Positions 34,941 through 45,440 are shown, counted from the first letter of the stretch. The stretch: 64,000 nt of DNA from an uncultured Eubacteriales bacterium (GCA_902492015.1 CABUJR010000009.1:32344-96343), one strand, 5' to 3'. The notes: generated by a model not told the origin, from the letters alone. Made by a program: numbers and translations.

Positions 34941-36299
34941 TTAACTCTCCAAATATTTTATCAATGTTTTTATTGTTTTTTCACAAGAACTAATATACAT
35001 TTTCTCATTTGTGGTATGAAAGTTTTCTATTATACTTCCAATTGAAATCATATCTAAATCTTTTATTTTACTTTGAAATATGCTACATTCTAATCCGCCA
35101 TGTGTAATTTCAAACTTAGGATATTCTTTATTTATTTTAAAATAACTTTTCTTATACTCTTCTTTTAAACTCGTATTAATATTTGGTATCCATGCTGAAT
35201 CTTGGTAAACTTCCTCTACTGTAAAATTATTTGATTTAGATAATAAAATATTTTCATTATTATATTTTTGTAGTTCTTCATTTCTTATGCTTCTTAATAT
35301 TCCAGTTATAATAATTTCATTATTTATGCTATTTATTATACCTATATTTCCTGATGTAATTATATCATCTTTTTCATGTGTAATAACTCCTTGTTTCAAA
35401 TTTATTATTTCATGAACTATTTTTTTAGTATCTTCCATAGAAAAAGCAAATTCATATTGTGTTTTTTCAATTTCTATGTTATTACTCATTATTATTTTTG
35501 TTTCTAAATTTCTATCACTTGCTTTTACAATACATTCACATGATGTTGCTATGTCATTTTCAAGTTCACCACCATTAATTTCAGAAATTAATATATCACA
35601 TTCATCTTGCAATTTATTTATTAATTTAGCCATTACTCTTATTGCATTATTACTACTTCTCTCAATTTCTACTCCGGAATTTCCACCTTTTATATTTTTG
35701 ACTTTTAACTTATATGCTTGAAAATCACTAATAATCTTGTTTGCTCTTAAAGTATATTTATTACATATATCAGCATCACATCCTATAACAATTGAATCAT
35801 CTTTGCAATTATCTAAATTAATTAATTTCTTTCCTTTTAACTTTGAGTAATCAAATTTCATAGCACCTTTAAAAGTTGTTTCCTCTTCAGTTGTAAATAA
35901 ACATTCTAAATCTGGATGTTTTATTTTATTGCTCTCCAATATTAATAACATAATAGCAAGTCCTATTCCTTGATCTGCTCCTAATGAAGTATCTTTTGCA
36001 AATATAACATCTCCTTTTTTTAATATTTTAATTGGGTCCTCTTCAAAATTATGATTACTATCTTTTTCTTTTACACATACCATATCTATATGTGCTTGCA
36101 ATATTATTGGATTATTATTGGTTTTGTTGCCTTTTTTCTTTATTAATACATTGTTATTTCTATCTCTATAACATTCTAAATTATGCTTTTTAGCAAACAC
36201 CTCCAAAAAGTTAGCAAATTTTTCTTCTTTTCCCGATATTCTTGGAATTTGTGATATCTCATAAAATATTTCTAAAAATCTTTTGGTTATTATATCCAT
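34941..36299 (-). CDS. pepD: Aminoacyl-histidine (Xaa-His) dipeptidase, M20 family
   Basis: FYEISQIPRISGKEEKF, LQAHIDMV, GADQGIG and TTEEETTFKGA blocks. Start set at MDIITKRF because GAGGA lies 5 nt upstream, 1 nt after the ROK stop. Confidence 0.8.
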   Translation of the reverse strand: MDIITKRFLEIFYEISQIPRISGKEEKFANFLEVFAKKHNLECYRDRNNNVLIKKKGNKTNNNPIILQAHIDMVCVKEKDSNHNFEEDPIKILKKGDVIFAKDTSLGADQGIGLAIMLLILESNKIKHPDLECLFTTEEETTFKGAMKFDYSKLKGKKLINLDNCKDDSIVIGCDADICNKYTLRANKIISDFQAYKLKVKNIKGGNSGVEIERSSNNAIRVMAKLINKLQDECDILISEINGGELENDIATSCECIVKASDRNLETKIIMSNNIEIEKTQYEFAFSMEDTKKIVHEIINLKQGVITHEKDDIITSGNIGIINSINNEIIITGILRSIRNEELQKYNNENILLSKSNNFTVEEVYQDSAWIPNINTSLKEEYKKSYFKINKEYPKFEITHGGLECSIFQSKIKDLDMISIGSIIENFHTTNEKMYISSCEKTIKTLIKYLES

Positions 36300-36300
36300 A

Positions 36301-37203
36301 TCAATCCTCATATTTTTCTTCATTTTTATATATTGTATTTACTCCATATTTTGCTAAAAGTGCTGCACCAATTACTCCTGGTTGTTCAAATGAAGCTACA
36401 TCTATAATTGTATTTTTTGCTAGTGGATGGGCTTTTCCCTTAAAATCATTAATAACATCTATTAAAAAAATATCTTTCGACTTAATAACGCCTCCACCTA
36501 AAATTATTATATCTGGGTTAATAGTTGAAGAAATATTTAATAATAAAACAGTTAAATTTCTTTTAAATTCTTCAATAATTTCTTTGGCTATTGGATTGTT
36601 TCTTTTGGCCAATTCAAACAATTCTGTTGTACTTTTTATATCTATTTTTTCTTTAGCTTTTTTTAATAATGCTGTACCACTTATTAAAGAATTACTAGTA
36701 TTTTTACCATCTAGTATCATTCTTGCAAAATATGCTCCTAGATTATTGCTTCCATGATATATTTTTGATTTAATTACCAATCCTCCGCCTAATCCCGTAC
36801 TTATGGTTATATAGCAAACAATTTCATGATTCTTTCCTCTCCCTTTAATTGCCTCAGCATAAGTTGCTACTCTTGCATCATTTTCAAGAAATATTGGTTT
36901 ATTAAAATCTTGTTTTAATTTTTCTACTAAAGGAAATTTATTTAAAATACTTATATTTTTAGAAGTTACTATTTGTCCAAATTGTTGATTTATCGCCCCT
37001 GGTGCACCAATACCTATAGCTTTTGCTTGCTCATAATTTGGAACTTTCTCTATTAATTTTTTTATTTTTACATACAAATCTTCAGAAGTTATAACATTTT
37101 CAAAAGTTAATTCTTTATATAAAAATATAATATTGTCTTTTTCATTAATTGCACCAATTCTAATATTAGTACCTCCAATGTCTATTCCTATATATTCAAT
37201 CAT
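36301..37203 (-). CDS. ROK family sugar kinase (glucokinase-like)
   Basis: IGIDIGGTNIRIG, ENDARVATYAE and TGLGGG motifs. Confidence 0.85.
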   Translation of the reverse strand: MIEYIGIDIGGTNIRIGAINEKDNIIFLYKELTFENVITSEDLYVKIKKLIEKVPNYEQAKAIGIGAPGAINQQFGQIVTSKNISILNKFPLVEKLKQDFNKPIFLENDARVATYAEAIKGRGKNHEIVCYITISTGLGGGLVIKSKIYHGSNNLGAYFARMILDGKNTSNSLISGTALLKKAKEKIDIKSTTELFELAKRNNPIAKEIIEEFKRNLTVLLLNISSTINPDIIILGGGVIKSKDIFLIDVINDFKGKAHPLAKNTIIDVASFEQPGVIGAALLAKYGVNTIYKNEEKYED

Positions 37204-37426
37204 ACTACCACTTCCCCTTGTATTATAATAAATTATCCTTTAATTAATCTTCTTTTATGGTTTTTACTATATCACAAATTTATATTTTCCTCAATAAATT
37301 CGCTAAATTTGACATTAAATATATTAGATTTTTGATAAAAAAATAAAGCGCATTTTTTTAAGCACTTTACTTAGTTTTTATTATATTTATAATAGTTCTT
37401 TCTTTACATCTAACTAATTATTTATT

Positions 37427-38137
37427 TTATTTTCTTTGATATATTTTGCCCTTAAAGTCTTTTCTATCTTTAAATTCTTCGCATTTTTCATTTATATAAA
37501 ATTCAACTTTCATTCCTAAATTATTACCTAATGTTTTTGGAATGTCAATTGATTTTGGAATAGTATATAATGCCTCTTTTCCTTTCAAATCAGTCATTAT
37601 ATAATCTATTTGCAAAGCTCCATTTTTTATCTTAATTGTATAATTTTCTATATATTGAATTGGAGATACTGTACCTAAAAAACGAGATTTACATATATCT
37701 ACTTTATCTGAAATTGTTAAAAATGAAGTAATTTCATCTGTATCTGTTCCTCCATTTCCATGATTTTTTATTGCATTAGTAATTTTTTTTATATCTCTAT
37801 TATCGATAAAATCTAATTTTTTCAAAAATGTTTTTGCCATTTTTGCTCCATTTTCAGCATGTCCATTTTTTCCATTTATCATTCCTATATCATGAATTAA
37901 TCCTGCTATATAACCTAATATACAGATATCTTTGCTACAATTATATTCTTTTAATAAGTTATATACATTATTCGCTACTCTATTCATGTGCTCAATACCA
38001 TGATCAAGTGCAACACTATTATTAAAACTGGAAGATATTGCAAATTCATTTTCTATATTAGATATTTTTTCCATCCAGCTTTTATATTCATCATCAAAAA
38101 TTATGTTTTCTTTTATATTTAATAGTTCATCATCCAT
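37427..38137 (-). CDS. HD-domain phosphohydrolase
   Basis: GIEHMNRVA...GLIHDIGM...GHAENG pattern. Start set at MDDELL because AAGGGGA lies 6 nt upstream. The track's start is a TTG inside the RBS region. Confidence 0.65.
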   Translation of the reverse strand: MDDELLNIKENIIFDDEYKSWMEKISNIENEFAISSSFNNSVALDHGIEHMNRVANNVYNLLKEYNCSKDICILGYIAGLIHDIGMINGKNGHAENGAKMAKTFLKKLDFIDNRDIKKITNAIKNHGNGGTDTDEITSFLTISDKVDICKSRFLGTVSPIQYIENYTIKIKNGALQIDYIMTDLKGKEALYTIPKSIDIPKTLGNNLGMKVEFYINEKCEEFKDRKDFKGKIYQRK

Positions 38138-38167
38138 TCTAAATCCCCTTATTTTAAGCAATTAAAT

Positions 38168-38737
38168 TTATAATAATTCTTTTTTTACATCTAACCAATT
38201 ATTTACTCTTATTACTCCTTTTTCTTTAAGTTCTTTATCAGTTAATTTTTTATTTCTAAACTCTGTAAATAATAACTTCTTATCACAATTTTCTAAATTA
38301 GATAGTCTATCATCAATACCTATATCATATCTTATTTTGGTTTTATCTGTCATAAATATAAAGTTATTTGTATCAATAAATGGTAACCAATAATGTAGAT
38401 AATCAAACTTGTTTTTTAGATTAGTAGATGCATCAATTACATCTCCTTTCCAAATATAAGTTGTTGCAATATAAACATCATATTTTTTATTTAATTCTTT
38501 TATTACTTCAACACAATTAGATAATGGCTTAATATAATCTTCATTATCATTTTTATATAAATTTTTATATTTATATGTTTTTTTAAATTCTTCTTCTTTG
38601 CCCTTTATTAAATCCTGTCTATTTTGACTATCCAATTTGTTAAAATCCACTTTTCCTAAAAATTCTATTAGGAACTCAGAAAATTTTCCTACTACAATAA
38701 CTTCATCCATATCAATCATAATAGATTTCTTATACAT
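38168..38737 (-). CDS. 5'(3')-deoxyribonucleotidase-like HAD hydrolase (NT5C family)
   Basis: MIDMDEVIV DxD motif and a late GIDDR motif. The size is typical of NT5C. Confidence 0.65.
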   Translation of the reverse strand: MYKKSIMIDMDEVIVVGKFSEFLIEFLGKVDFNKLDSQNRQDLIKGKEEEFKKTYKYKNLYKNDNEDYIKPLSNCVEVIKELNKKYDVYIATTYIWKGDVIDASTNLKNKFDYLHYWLPFIDTNNFIFMTDKTKIRYDIGIDDRLSNLENCDKKLLFTEFRNKKLTDKELKEKGVIRVNNWLDVKKELL

Positions 38738-38838
38738 TTTTAACTTTCCTCATTTTTTTATTTTTATAACTTATTAACTATGCTTATACTCTTTGATCTT
38801 ATCATATATTCATCTTTATATATTGTAATTTTTCACTA

Positions 38839-39415
38839 CTATTTTATTTGTTCATACCATTTTGCAAACTCTTGCATTGCTTGTACTGAACCATCAACTT
38901 TTCTTCTGTTTTCTCTTTCTTCTGAATCCATCTCAGCTAAAGTTTTTTCAAATCCTTTTGGCTTAAAAATATACCACAAATCGGACCATTTCTCTGGTCT
39001 ATCTAATCCTTGAATACTATTTGCTAAAATTCCGTGGATGCTTTCCATAAAAATAATGTATTTCTTTCCCATCATGGTATGCTAAACACTCATTAAATGC
39101 ACATGTTCTGTTTTGTTTATTTTCCATTAATTTTAAGATACCATTTATTCCTATTGTATCTAGTGAAAAATTTACAAACGCTCTCGGAAAACCATTTAAT
39201 TCATCAATTCTAAAATCTGTATCAAGAGCTATACAAGGTCTTTTTACTATTTCATAAGCTTGTTTAACTTTTGCTGTTGCTATTACTTTTATATCATCAC
39301 TTCTAGGTTCATCTAATTCATAATTAAAAGTTCTAAATTTTAAATTTTTAAAATACTTTTCTGCTGATTTTATTTTTCCGGTATTGTGAGTTACAAAAAC
39401 TATTTCATTATCCAT
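38839..39415 (-). pseudogene. HAM1/ITPase-like gene interrupted by a frameshift (or a sequencing error)
   Basis: ORF 39017-39415 (IVFVTHNTGKIKSAE...DELNGFPRAF) carries the N-terminal HAM1 blocks. ORF 38839-39075 in another frame carries the C-terminal part (WYIFKPKGFEKTLAEMDSEERE). The frames overlap at 39017-39075 around GGAAAG. Confidence 0.6.
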
Positions 39416-39522
39416 TTTATATTTTCTCCTTTATATGTTGACACTTTAACTTTTCTAAAGTTCACCTAAAAATAGATGAACTCTTTCAAATACTTTGAAA
39501 CCGTAGATAATTATTGATGATT

Positions 39523-40092
39523 CTATATATTCTTATTTTTTATATAATCTCCTTTAAATTCACTTGCTAAAATATCCATCTCAATACTATCATAATATTT
39601 TCCATTAATAAATTTACATTTTCTTCGTCTTCCATATTCTTTAAACCCACATTTTTGGTAACATTTTAATGCTCTTTCATTAAAACTCATTAAGTCTAGT
39701 TTTATATTATTTAGATTTAGATAATTAAATCCATAATCTAATACCATCTTAATTGCTTCGGTTCCATATCCTTCGTTTCTATAATCTTTATCTCCTATAA
39801 AAATTCCTAAAGTAGCTGTTCTATTGATACAATCATAATTTTCCAATCCTACTGTACCTATCAATTTATCTTCCTTTAATGTTACTATAAAAAAATTATA
39901 ATTTTTATTTAAATTCTCTTCAAAATATTGTCTTTCTCCTTCTAATGTAATTATGTAGCTGCTACGTCCAATATAGTCTGTTGTTTCAAAATCATTCAAC
40001 CACTCTGTAAATTTTTCTATATCTTCATTGTTTCGAGGAGATAAATATATCCTTTCTCCTACTAATTTTTTAAAATATTTCATTTTTATCAA
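39523..40092 (-). CDS. GNAT N-acetyltransferase (RimJ/RimL-like)
   Basis: IFIGDKDYRNEGYGTEAIKMVLDYGF acetyl-CoA motif region. Confidence 0.8.
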   Translation of the reverse strand: MIKMKYFKKLVGERIYLSPRNNEDIEKFTEWLNDFETTDYIGRSSYIITLEGERQYFEENLNKNYNFFIVTLKEDKLIGTVGLENYDCINRTATLGIFIGDKDYRNEGYGTEAIKMVLDYGFNYLNLNNIKLDLMSFNERALKCYQKCGFKEYGRRRKCKFINGKYYDSIEMDILASEFKGDYIKNKNI

Positions 40093-40101
40093 CTCCTATT
40101 T

Positions 40102-40566
40102 TTATATTTGCATTGAATATGCTATATTCTTTACTTTGAATCCAAATTCTTCATAAACTCTTATTGCACTTTTATTTTCTTCATTAACTGTTAAGTATAA
40201 ATCTGTACAATTATTTTCTCTTCCAAATTCTTTTACTTTATTTAATAGTATCTTACCTATTTCTTTTCCTCTATTTTTTTCATCTACACATATTGATTCA
40301 ATTTGTAACTGTTTTCTATATCTCATACTAGAATTATTTTTTTCTTTTATATTGAAAGTAATATATCCTACAATTTCATTTTGTATTTTTGCTATAAATA
40401 TTTCTTTAGCTTGTATTATTTCTTCAAAATTTTCTTTATTAATTACTTCATCTACACTAAAAAACAAATCTGGTCTCCATTTTACATGTAGTTCATGAAC
40501 TTGTTTTGCTAATCTATTTACTTCTTTAAAATCTTCTAATTTGGGGATTTCTATTTTTACTTCCAT
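40102..40566 (-). CDS. GNAT N-acetyltransferase
   Basis: VDEKNRGKEIGKILL motif and a C-terminal YEEFGF. Confidence 0.8.
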   Translation of the reverse strand: MEVKIEIPKLEDFKEVNRLAKQVHELHVKWRPDLFFSVDEVINKENFEEIIQAKEIFIAKIQNEIVGYITFNIKEKNNSSMRYRKQLQIESICVDEKNRGKEIGKILLNKVKEFGRENNCTDLYLTVNEENKSAIRVYEEFGFKVKNIAYSMQI

Positions 40567-40732
40567 TATGTTTTTCTCTCCTTTATTTAATACAAATAGC
40601 TAATAGGTTAAAATACTTTTGCTATTTTTATTACTTTTCTTGATATTTTCCCCGCTCCTCAATTCCTATTGAGCTATTGCTTTTTTATCTAAATCTTTAA
40701 ATACACTATATGCTTTTAACACATTTTTCTCC

Positions 40733-41404
40733 TTAAACAACTTTTCTATTTATTGTTATTTCACTTACCTCAATCATTTTAGGTAAATTTAATATATATA
40801 ACATTAAATCTGCAATATCTGCGGGATTCATCCATTCTTCTGGATGTTCTATTTCTTTTCCAGTCCATTTCGTGTGCATTCTAGTATTCATTCCACCAAC
40901 ATTAAATTGTATTACTCTGCAATTATATTTCTTTAATTCTAGTTGTAAATTATAACTTGTTCCACGAATTGCCCATTTTGAAGTTGTATATGCAATTTGA
41001 TCTGGATAACCTGCTTTTGTTCCAATAGTTGAACCTACATTTAAAATATCAGCTCCACTTTCTTTTATTAAAGTTATTAGTTGTGTAATTAAATAAATTG
41101 GCGCTAATACATTTACTTTCATTAAATCATCTAGTACATCATAAGTAACTTCTTCTAATTTCTGTACTCCTGGTAACCCTGCACAATTTATTACTGCATC
41201 TATTTTCTTATATTTTTCTTTAATGATACTACAAGTATTTTCTATTGATTTTTCATCTGTCAAATCTGTTTTTATAAAATCACATTCATATTTAGGTTGT
41301 GTTCTGCATAAAGCAATTATATTTATATTTTTTTCTTTTAAACACTTTAAAGCAAATTCTTTTCCTAATCCATCACTTGCTCCTGTTAAAACAATATTTT
41401 TCAT
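40733..41404 (-). CDS. Short-chain dehydrogenase/reductase (SDR)
   Basis: TGASDGLGKE (TGxxxGxG), NCAG and YTTSK (YxxxK) motifs. Confidence 0.85.
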   Translation of the reverse strand: MKNIVLTGASDGLGKEFALKCLKEKNINIIALCRTQPKYECDFIKTDLTDEKSIENTCSIIKEKYKKIDAVINCAGLPGVQKLEEVTYDVLDDLMKVNVLAPIYLITQLITLIKESGADILNVGSTIGTKAGYPDQIAYTTSKWAIRGTSYNLQLELKKYNCRVIQFNVGGMNTRMHTKWTGKEIEHPEEWMNPADIADLMLYILNLPKMIEVSEITINRKVV

Positions 41405-41462
41405 TAAATCTTTCCTCCCATTAACAGTATCTTCTATTACAAATATATTTCTAGAATTAAAA

Positions 41463-42839
41463 TTACCTGTCTTGTTTTAGTTGTAGCACTGTCACACACT
41501 CCACATGTTTACTAAAAGGGAACATATCGCATATAGCCAATTTCTTTAATTCATACTTTTCCTCTAATATTTTTAAATCTCTTCCAAGTGTTGCTGGGTT
41601 ACAACTCACATAAATAATTTTATTTGGCTCGATTTGCATTATAGTTTCAAGTGCTGTTTTATCACAACCTTTTCTTGGTGGATCTACAAAAACAGCATCT
41701 GGTTTTATATTTCTTTTCTTTATAAATTCAGGTAATGCTTTTTCTACATCACCAACAAAAAATTCTGCATTTTCAATATTATTTAATTTTGCATTATTTT
41801 TTGCATCCTCAATAGCTTCAGGAATTGTTTCAATTCCATATAATTTTTTTGCATTTTTAGATGCAAAAATTCCTATTGTTCCTATTCCACAATATAGGTC
41901 AAATATTGTTTCATTTCCAGAAAGTTCTGCATATTCTATTGCTTTATTATAAAGCTTTTCTGTTTGAATAGGATTCACTTGGTAAAAAGAAAGTGGAGAT
42001 ATTTTAAATTTGAACTCTCCTAAATAATCATATATATATCCTTCTCCATATAATATTTTAGTTTTTTTACCAAGTATAACATTTGTATTTTTATTATTTA
42101 TATTTTTTACTATTGTTTTTACCTCTGGATATTTTTTGGTGATATATTCTACTAACTCTTTTTCTTTACCAAAACTTTCTGTATTACTTACTAAAGTAAT
42201 CATTACTTCATTTGTTTTTTTACCTATTCTAATTACTATATGTCTTAAACTACCTTTCAATTTTTCCTCATTATACACACTTATATTATTTTTTAATATA
42301 AATTCATATATACTATTTGCAATTTTTTGACTTAAAAAATCTTGAATTTTACATTCTTTAGTTTCAATAATTCTATGACTTCTTTCTGCAAAAACTCCCA
42401 TTACTGGTTTGCCATTTTCATCTACTCCTATTGGATATTGAAGTTTATTTCTATAATTATAAGGATTTTTCATTTTTAATATTTCTGAAACTTTTATATT
42501 TCTTCCTAATGCTTTTCCCAAAGTTACTTCTACCGCATTTTTCTTCATTTCTACTGTAGCTTCATAACTTATGTGTCTCATACTACAACCGCCACATTTT
42601 GAATAAGTAGCACAATCTGGGGCTATTCTAAATTGTGATGACTCTAAAATTTCTATAATTTTTCCAAATGCATGTGAATTTGTTACTTTTAAAATTTTTA
42701 TCTTAATTTTTTCACCTTTTATCGCCTTTGGTATAAACACAGTAATTCCATCAATCTTAGCTATTCCTTCTCCTTGAAAGCCATTATCTATTATATTCAC
42801 AATATATTCTTGATTTTTAGTAAGCATAATTTTCTCCAT
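41463..42839 (-). CDS. 23S rRNA (uracil-C5)-methyltransferase, RlmD/RumA family
   Basis: N-terminal TRAM domain, Fe-S Cys cluster CATYSKCGGCSMRH, SAM motif DLYCGIGTIG, and DPPRKG with a catalytic Cys (VSCNPAT). Confidence 0.88.
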   Translation of the reverse strand: MEKIMLTKNQEYIVNIIDNGFQGEGIAKIDGITVFIPKAIKGEKIKIKILKVTNSHAFGKIIEILESSQFRIAPDCATYSKCGGCSMRHISYEATVEMKKNAVEVTLGKALGRNIKVSEILKMKNPYNYRNKLQYPIGVDENGKPVMGVFAERSHRIIETKECKIQDFLSQKIANSIYEFILKNNISVYNEEKLKGSLRHIVIRIGKKTNEVMITLVSNTESFGKEKELVEYITKKYPEVKTIVKNINNKNTNVILGKKTKILYGEGYIYDYLGEFKFKISPLSFYQVNPIQTEKLYNKAIEYAELSGNETIFDLYCGIGTIGIFASKNAKKLYGIETIPEAIEDAKNNAKLNNIENAEFFVGDVEKALPEFIKKRNIKPDAVFVDPPRKGCDKTALETIMQIEPNKIIYVSCNPATLGRDLKILEEKYELKKLAICDMFPFSKHVECVTVLQLKQDR

Positions 42840-42860
42840 TTATATTTTTATTCTTTATAT

Positions 42861-43337
42861 TTATCTTTCTCCTCGTGTTCTTCCTCCACTACTTCTAGTT
42901 CTGCCTTGTCTTTCCTTTTCTTTCTCTTTTTGTTTTACTCCACCAGATTTTTCTCTTTCATCTCTATTTTGGATAAGCTCTTTTTCTTCTCTTTGTCTTT
43001 CTTTTTGTTTATACTCTTTTCCTATTGTAACTATTCTATTTATTATTTCAAAATTACATCTTATTCTTTCATTAAAAGTTTGGCTATCTCTTTCTAATAT
43101 TTTCTTCTTTTTTCTTTTTAGTTTTTCTAAATAATTTCTATCTACTATATTTAGTTTTTCAAGTTCTTGCTCAAACTCTTCTAATTCTTCCATAGTCTTA
43201 ATTTCTTTTATCTGCTTTTTAATTTTTTGAAGTTCTCTTATCTCTGGATCTTTTGAATTTAGTAAACTAGCAAGTTTTCTTGAATTTTTAATATTTAATA
43301 ATCTTGAAATTAAACCTTCATCTTTTCTCTTTTTCAT
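42861..43337 (-). CDS. Hypothetical highly charged K/E/R-rich protein with an RGG-like tail
   Basis: 158-aa ORF between rnr and the rRNA methyltransferase gene. Low-complexity coiled-coil-like sequence ending RQGRTRSSGGRTRGER. Confidence 0.5.
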   Translation of the reverse strand: MKKRKDEGLISRLLNIKNSRKLASLLNSKDPEIRELQKIKKQIKEIKTMEELEEFEQELEKLNIVDRNYLEKLKRKKKKILERDSQTFNERIRCNFEIINRIVTIGKEYKQKERQREEKELIQNRDEREKSGGVKQKEKEKERQGRTRSSGGRTRGER

Positions 43338-43407
43338 AAATTTCTTTCCTTAAATAAAAACTTAAAATATATTTACATTATAATTTTACAAGTACTGCTT
43401 TTTTACA

Positions 43408-45405
43408 TTATTCTGATTGTATTTCATCTTTAAAATACAAATTGTATTCTACTTCATTTTTATCTTCTACAAGTTCAAAAGCAACTTTTCTTAACATTTT
43501 ATTTGCCTCAATTACTCTTACCCTTACACTATCACCAATTTTGAATACTCTTTTTGTTCTTTCTCCAACTAAAGTTTTTCTATTTTCATCATATATAAAA
43601 TACTCATTTCCCATATTTTCAAATCTTATCAAGCCCTCAACTGTACTTTCTAATTCAACAAACATACCAAAAGAAGTAATTGATGAAACAATTCCATAAT
43701 ACTCTTCTCCAATTTTATCTTCCATAAATTCTGCTTTTTTAATATCTTCAGCATCTCTTTCTGCCTTAGTTGCCAATCTCTCACAGTCTGAAGATGTTTC
43801 TGCGTATTTTTTCGCTTTTACTTTTAATTCTTCCACTCTTTCTGTACCTAAGTTATAATTTTTTTCTATATATTCTGAAATAATTCTGTGTATAAATAAA
43901 TCTGGATACCTTCTTATTGGTGAAGTAAAGTGACAATAATATTTACTTGCAATTCCAAAATGTCCTTTATTTTCACTTTCATATTTTGCTATTTTTAAAG
44001 TTCTTAATATTAAAGTTGAAATTACTTTTTCATATTCTGTTCCTTTTAATTTTTCAAGAACATCAGAAAAAGCCTTTGGTCTTATATTATCTTTATTTAC
44101 TTTTATTTTTTCTCCTATATTAAATAAGAATTTATTGGTTTCTTCTATTTTATCATAATCTGGTTCTTCATGTACTCTATAAATAAATGGGGCTTCTAAC
44201 CAGTAAAATTTTTCTGCAATAGATTCATTTGCTGTAAGCATAAATTGTTCTATTATTTCATTAGCAAATGTAGTCTCATATTTTTTTACTTCTAAAGCTT
44301 TTCCAGTATCATCTAAAATAATTTTACTTTCTGGAATATCTAAGTTTAAATACCCTTGAGAAAGTCTTCTATTTTTTAATACTAATGCAAGCTCTTCCAT
44401 AAGCTTAAATTCATCGATATATTTGCTATATTTTTCAGTAACTTTTTCATCTAAATTATTCAAAATTTTATTTACATCTGTATATGACATTCTCTCTGTT
44501 ACATTTATCACAGATTTAAAAACATCTGATGAAATAACATTTCCCTTTTCATTTATTTCCATACTGCAAGTAATAGCAAATCTGTCCTTTCCGGCATTTA
44601 AACTACAAATGCCATTAGAAAGTTCAAAAGGAAGCATTGGTATAACTCTATCAAACATGTATATGCTTGTTCCTCTTTTTATTGCTTCATTATCCAAATT
44701 ACTATTCTCTTTAACATAATAACTAACATCAGCTATATGAACATTTAAAATATATTTTCCAGCTTCGTTTTTATAAACTGCTACTGCATCATCCAAATCT
44801 TTTGCATCTTCTCCGTCTATTGTAAAAACTATATCATCTCTTAAATCTTTTCTATTTTTTATATCATTTTTATCTATTTCTTGAGGAATATTTTTAGCTT
44901 CTTCAAGTACAAAACTTGGAAATTCATTTGGAAGATCAAATTCTTTTATTACTGAAAGCATGTCTACTCCAGCTTGATTAATATTTCCAATGATTTCTAT
45001 TATTTCTCCTTCAGCATTTTTCCCATTTTCTGGGTATTTAGTAATTTTTACGATTACTTTATCATTATTTTTAGCCTCTTTACATTTTCTTTTTGGTATA
45101 TAAACATCTGTTGCAAATTTTTTATCATCTGGAACAACAAATCCAAAATTTTTAGACTTTTGAAATATCCCAACTAAACTTTCCTTTTCTCTTTTTACAA
45201 TTCTAACAACTTTAGCTTCTGCTCTTCTATTTTCTTCTTTTTGCTTGTAAATTACAACTTCAACAGTATCACCATTTAAAGCTCCCTTTACACTTTTTTG
45301 TGGAACAAATAAATCTTCTTTTTCTCCTTCTATTTCAACAAAGCCATATCCTTTTTCATTAGCTCTAAAAATTCCTTCTATTTTTTTATTTTTCTTTTTT
45401 CCCAT
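43408..45405 (-). CDS. rnr: Ribonuclease R
   Basis: N-terminal cold-shock-like OB folds, RNB domain blocks (FTIDGEDAKDLDDAV, HFGIASKYYCHFTSPIRRYPD) and a C-terminal S1 domain. Confidence 0.93.
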   Translation of the reverse strand: MGKKKNKKIEGIFRANEKGYGFVEIEGEKEDLFVPQKSVKGALNGDTVEVVIYKQKEENRRAEAKVVRIVKREKESLVGIFQKSKNFGFVVPDDKKFATDVYIPKRKCKEAKNNDKVIVKITKYPENGKNAEGEIIEIIGNINQAGVDMLSVIKEFDLPNEFPSFVLEEAKNIPQEIDKNDIKNRKDLRDDIVFTIDGEDAKDLDDAVAVYKNEAGKYILNVHIADVSYYVKENSNLDNEAIKRGTSIYMFDRVIPMLPFELSNGICSLNAGKDRFAITCSMEINEKGNVISSDVFKSVINVTERMSYTDVNKILNNLDEKVTEKYSKYIDEFKLMEELALVLKNRRLSQGYLNLDIPESKIILDDTGKALEVKKYETTFANEIIEQFMLTANESIAEKFYWLEAPFIYRVHEEPDYDKIEETNKFLFNIGEKIKVNKDNIRPKAFSDVLEKLKGTEYEKVISTLILRTLKIAKYESENKGHFGIASKYYCHFTSPIRRYPDLFIHRIISEYIEKNYNLGTERVEELKVKAKKYAETSSDCERLATKAERDAEDIKKAEFMEDKIGEEYYGIVSSITSFGMFVELESTVEGLIRFENMGNEYFIYDENRKTLVGERTKRVFKIGDSVRVRVIEANKMLRKVAFELVEDKNEVEYNLYFKDEIQSE

Positions 45406-45440
45406 TTCCTCATCATAATCCTTTTATAATTTATTAAAAA

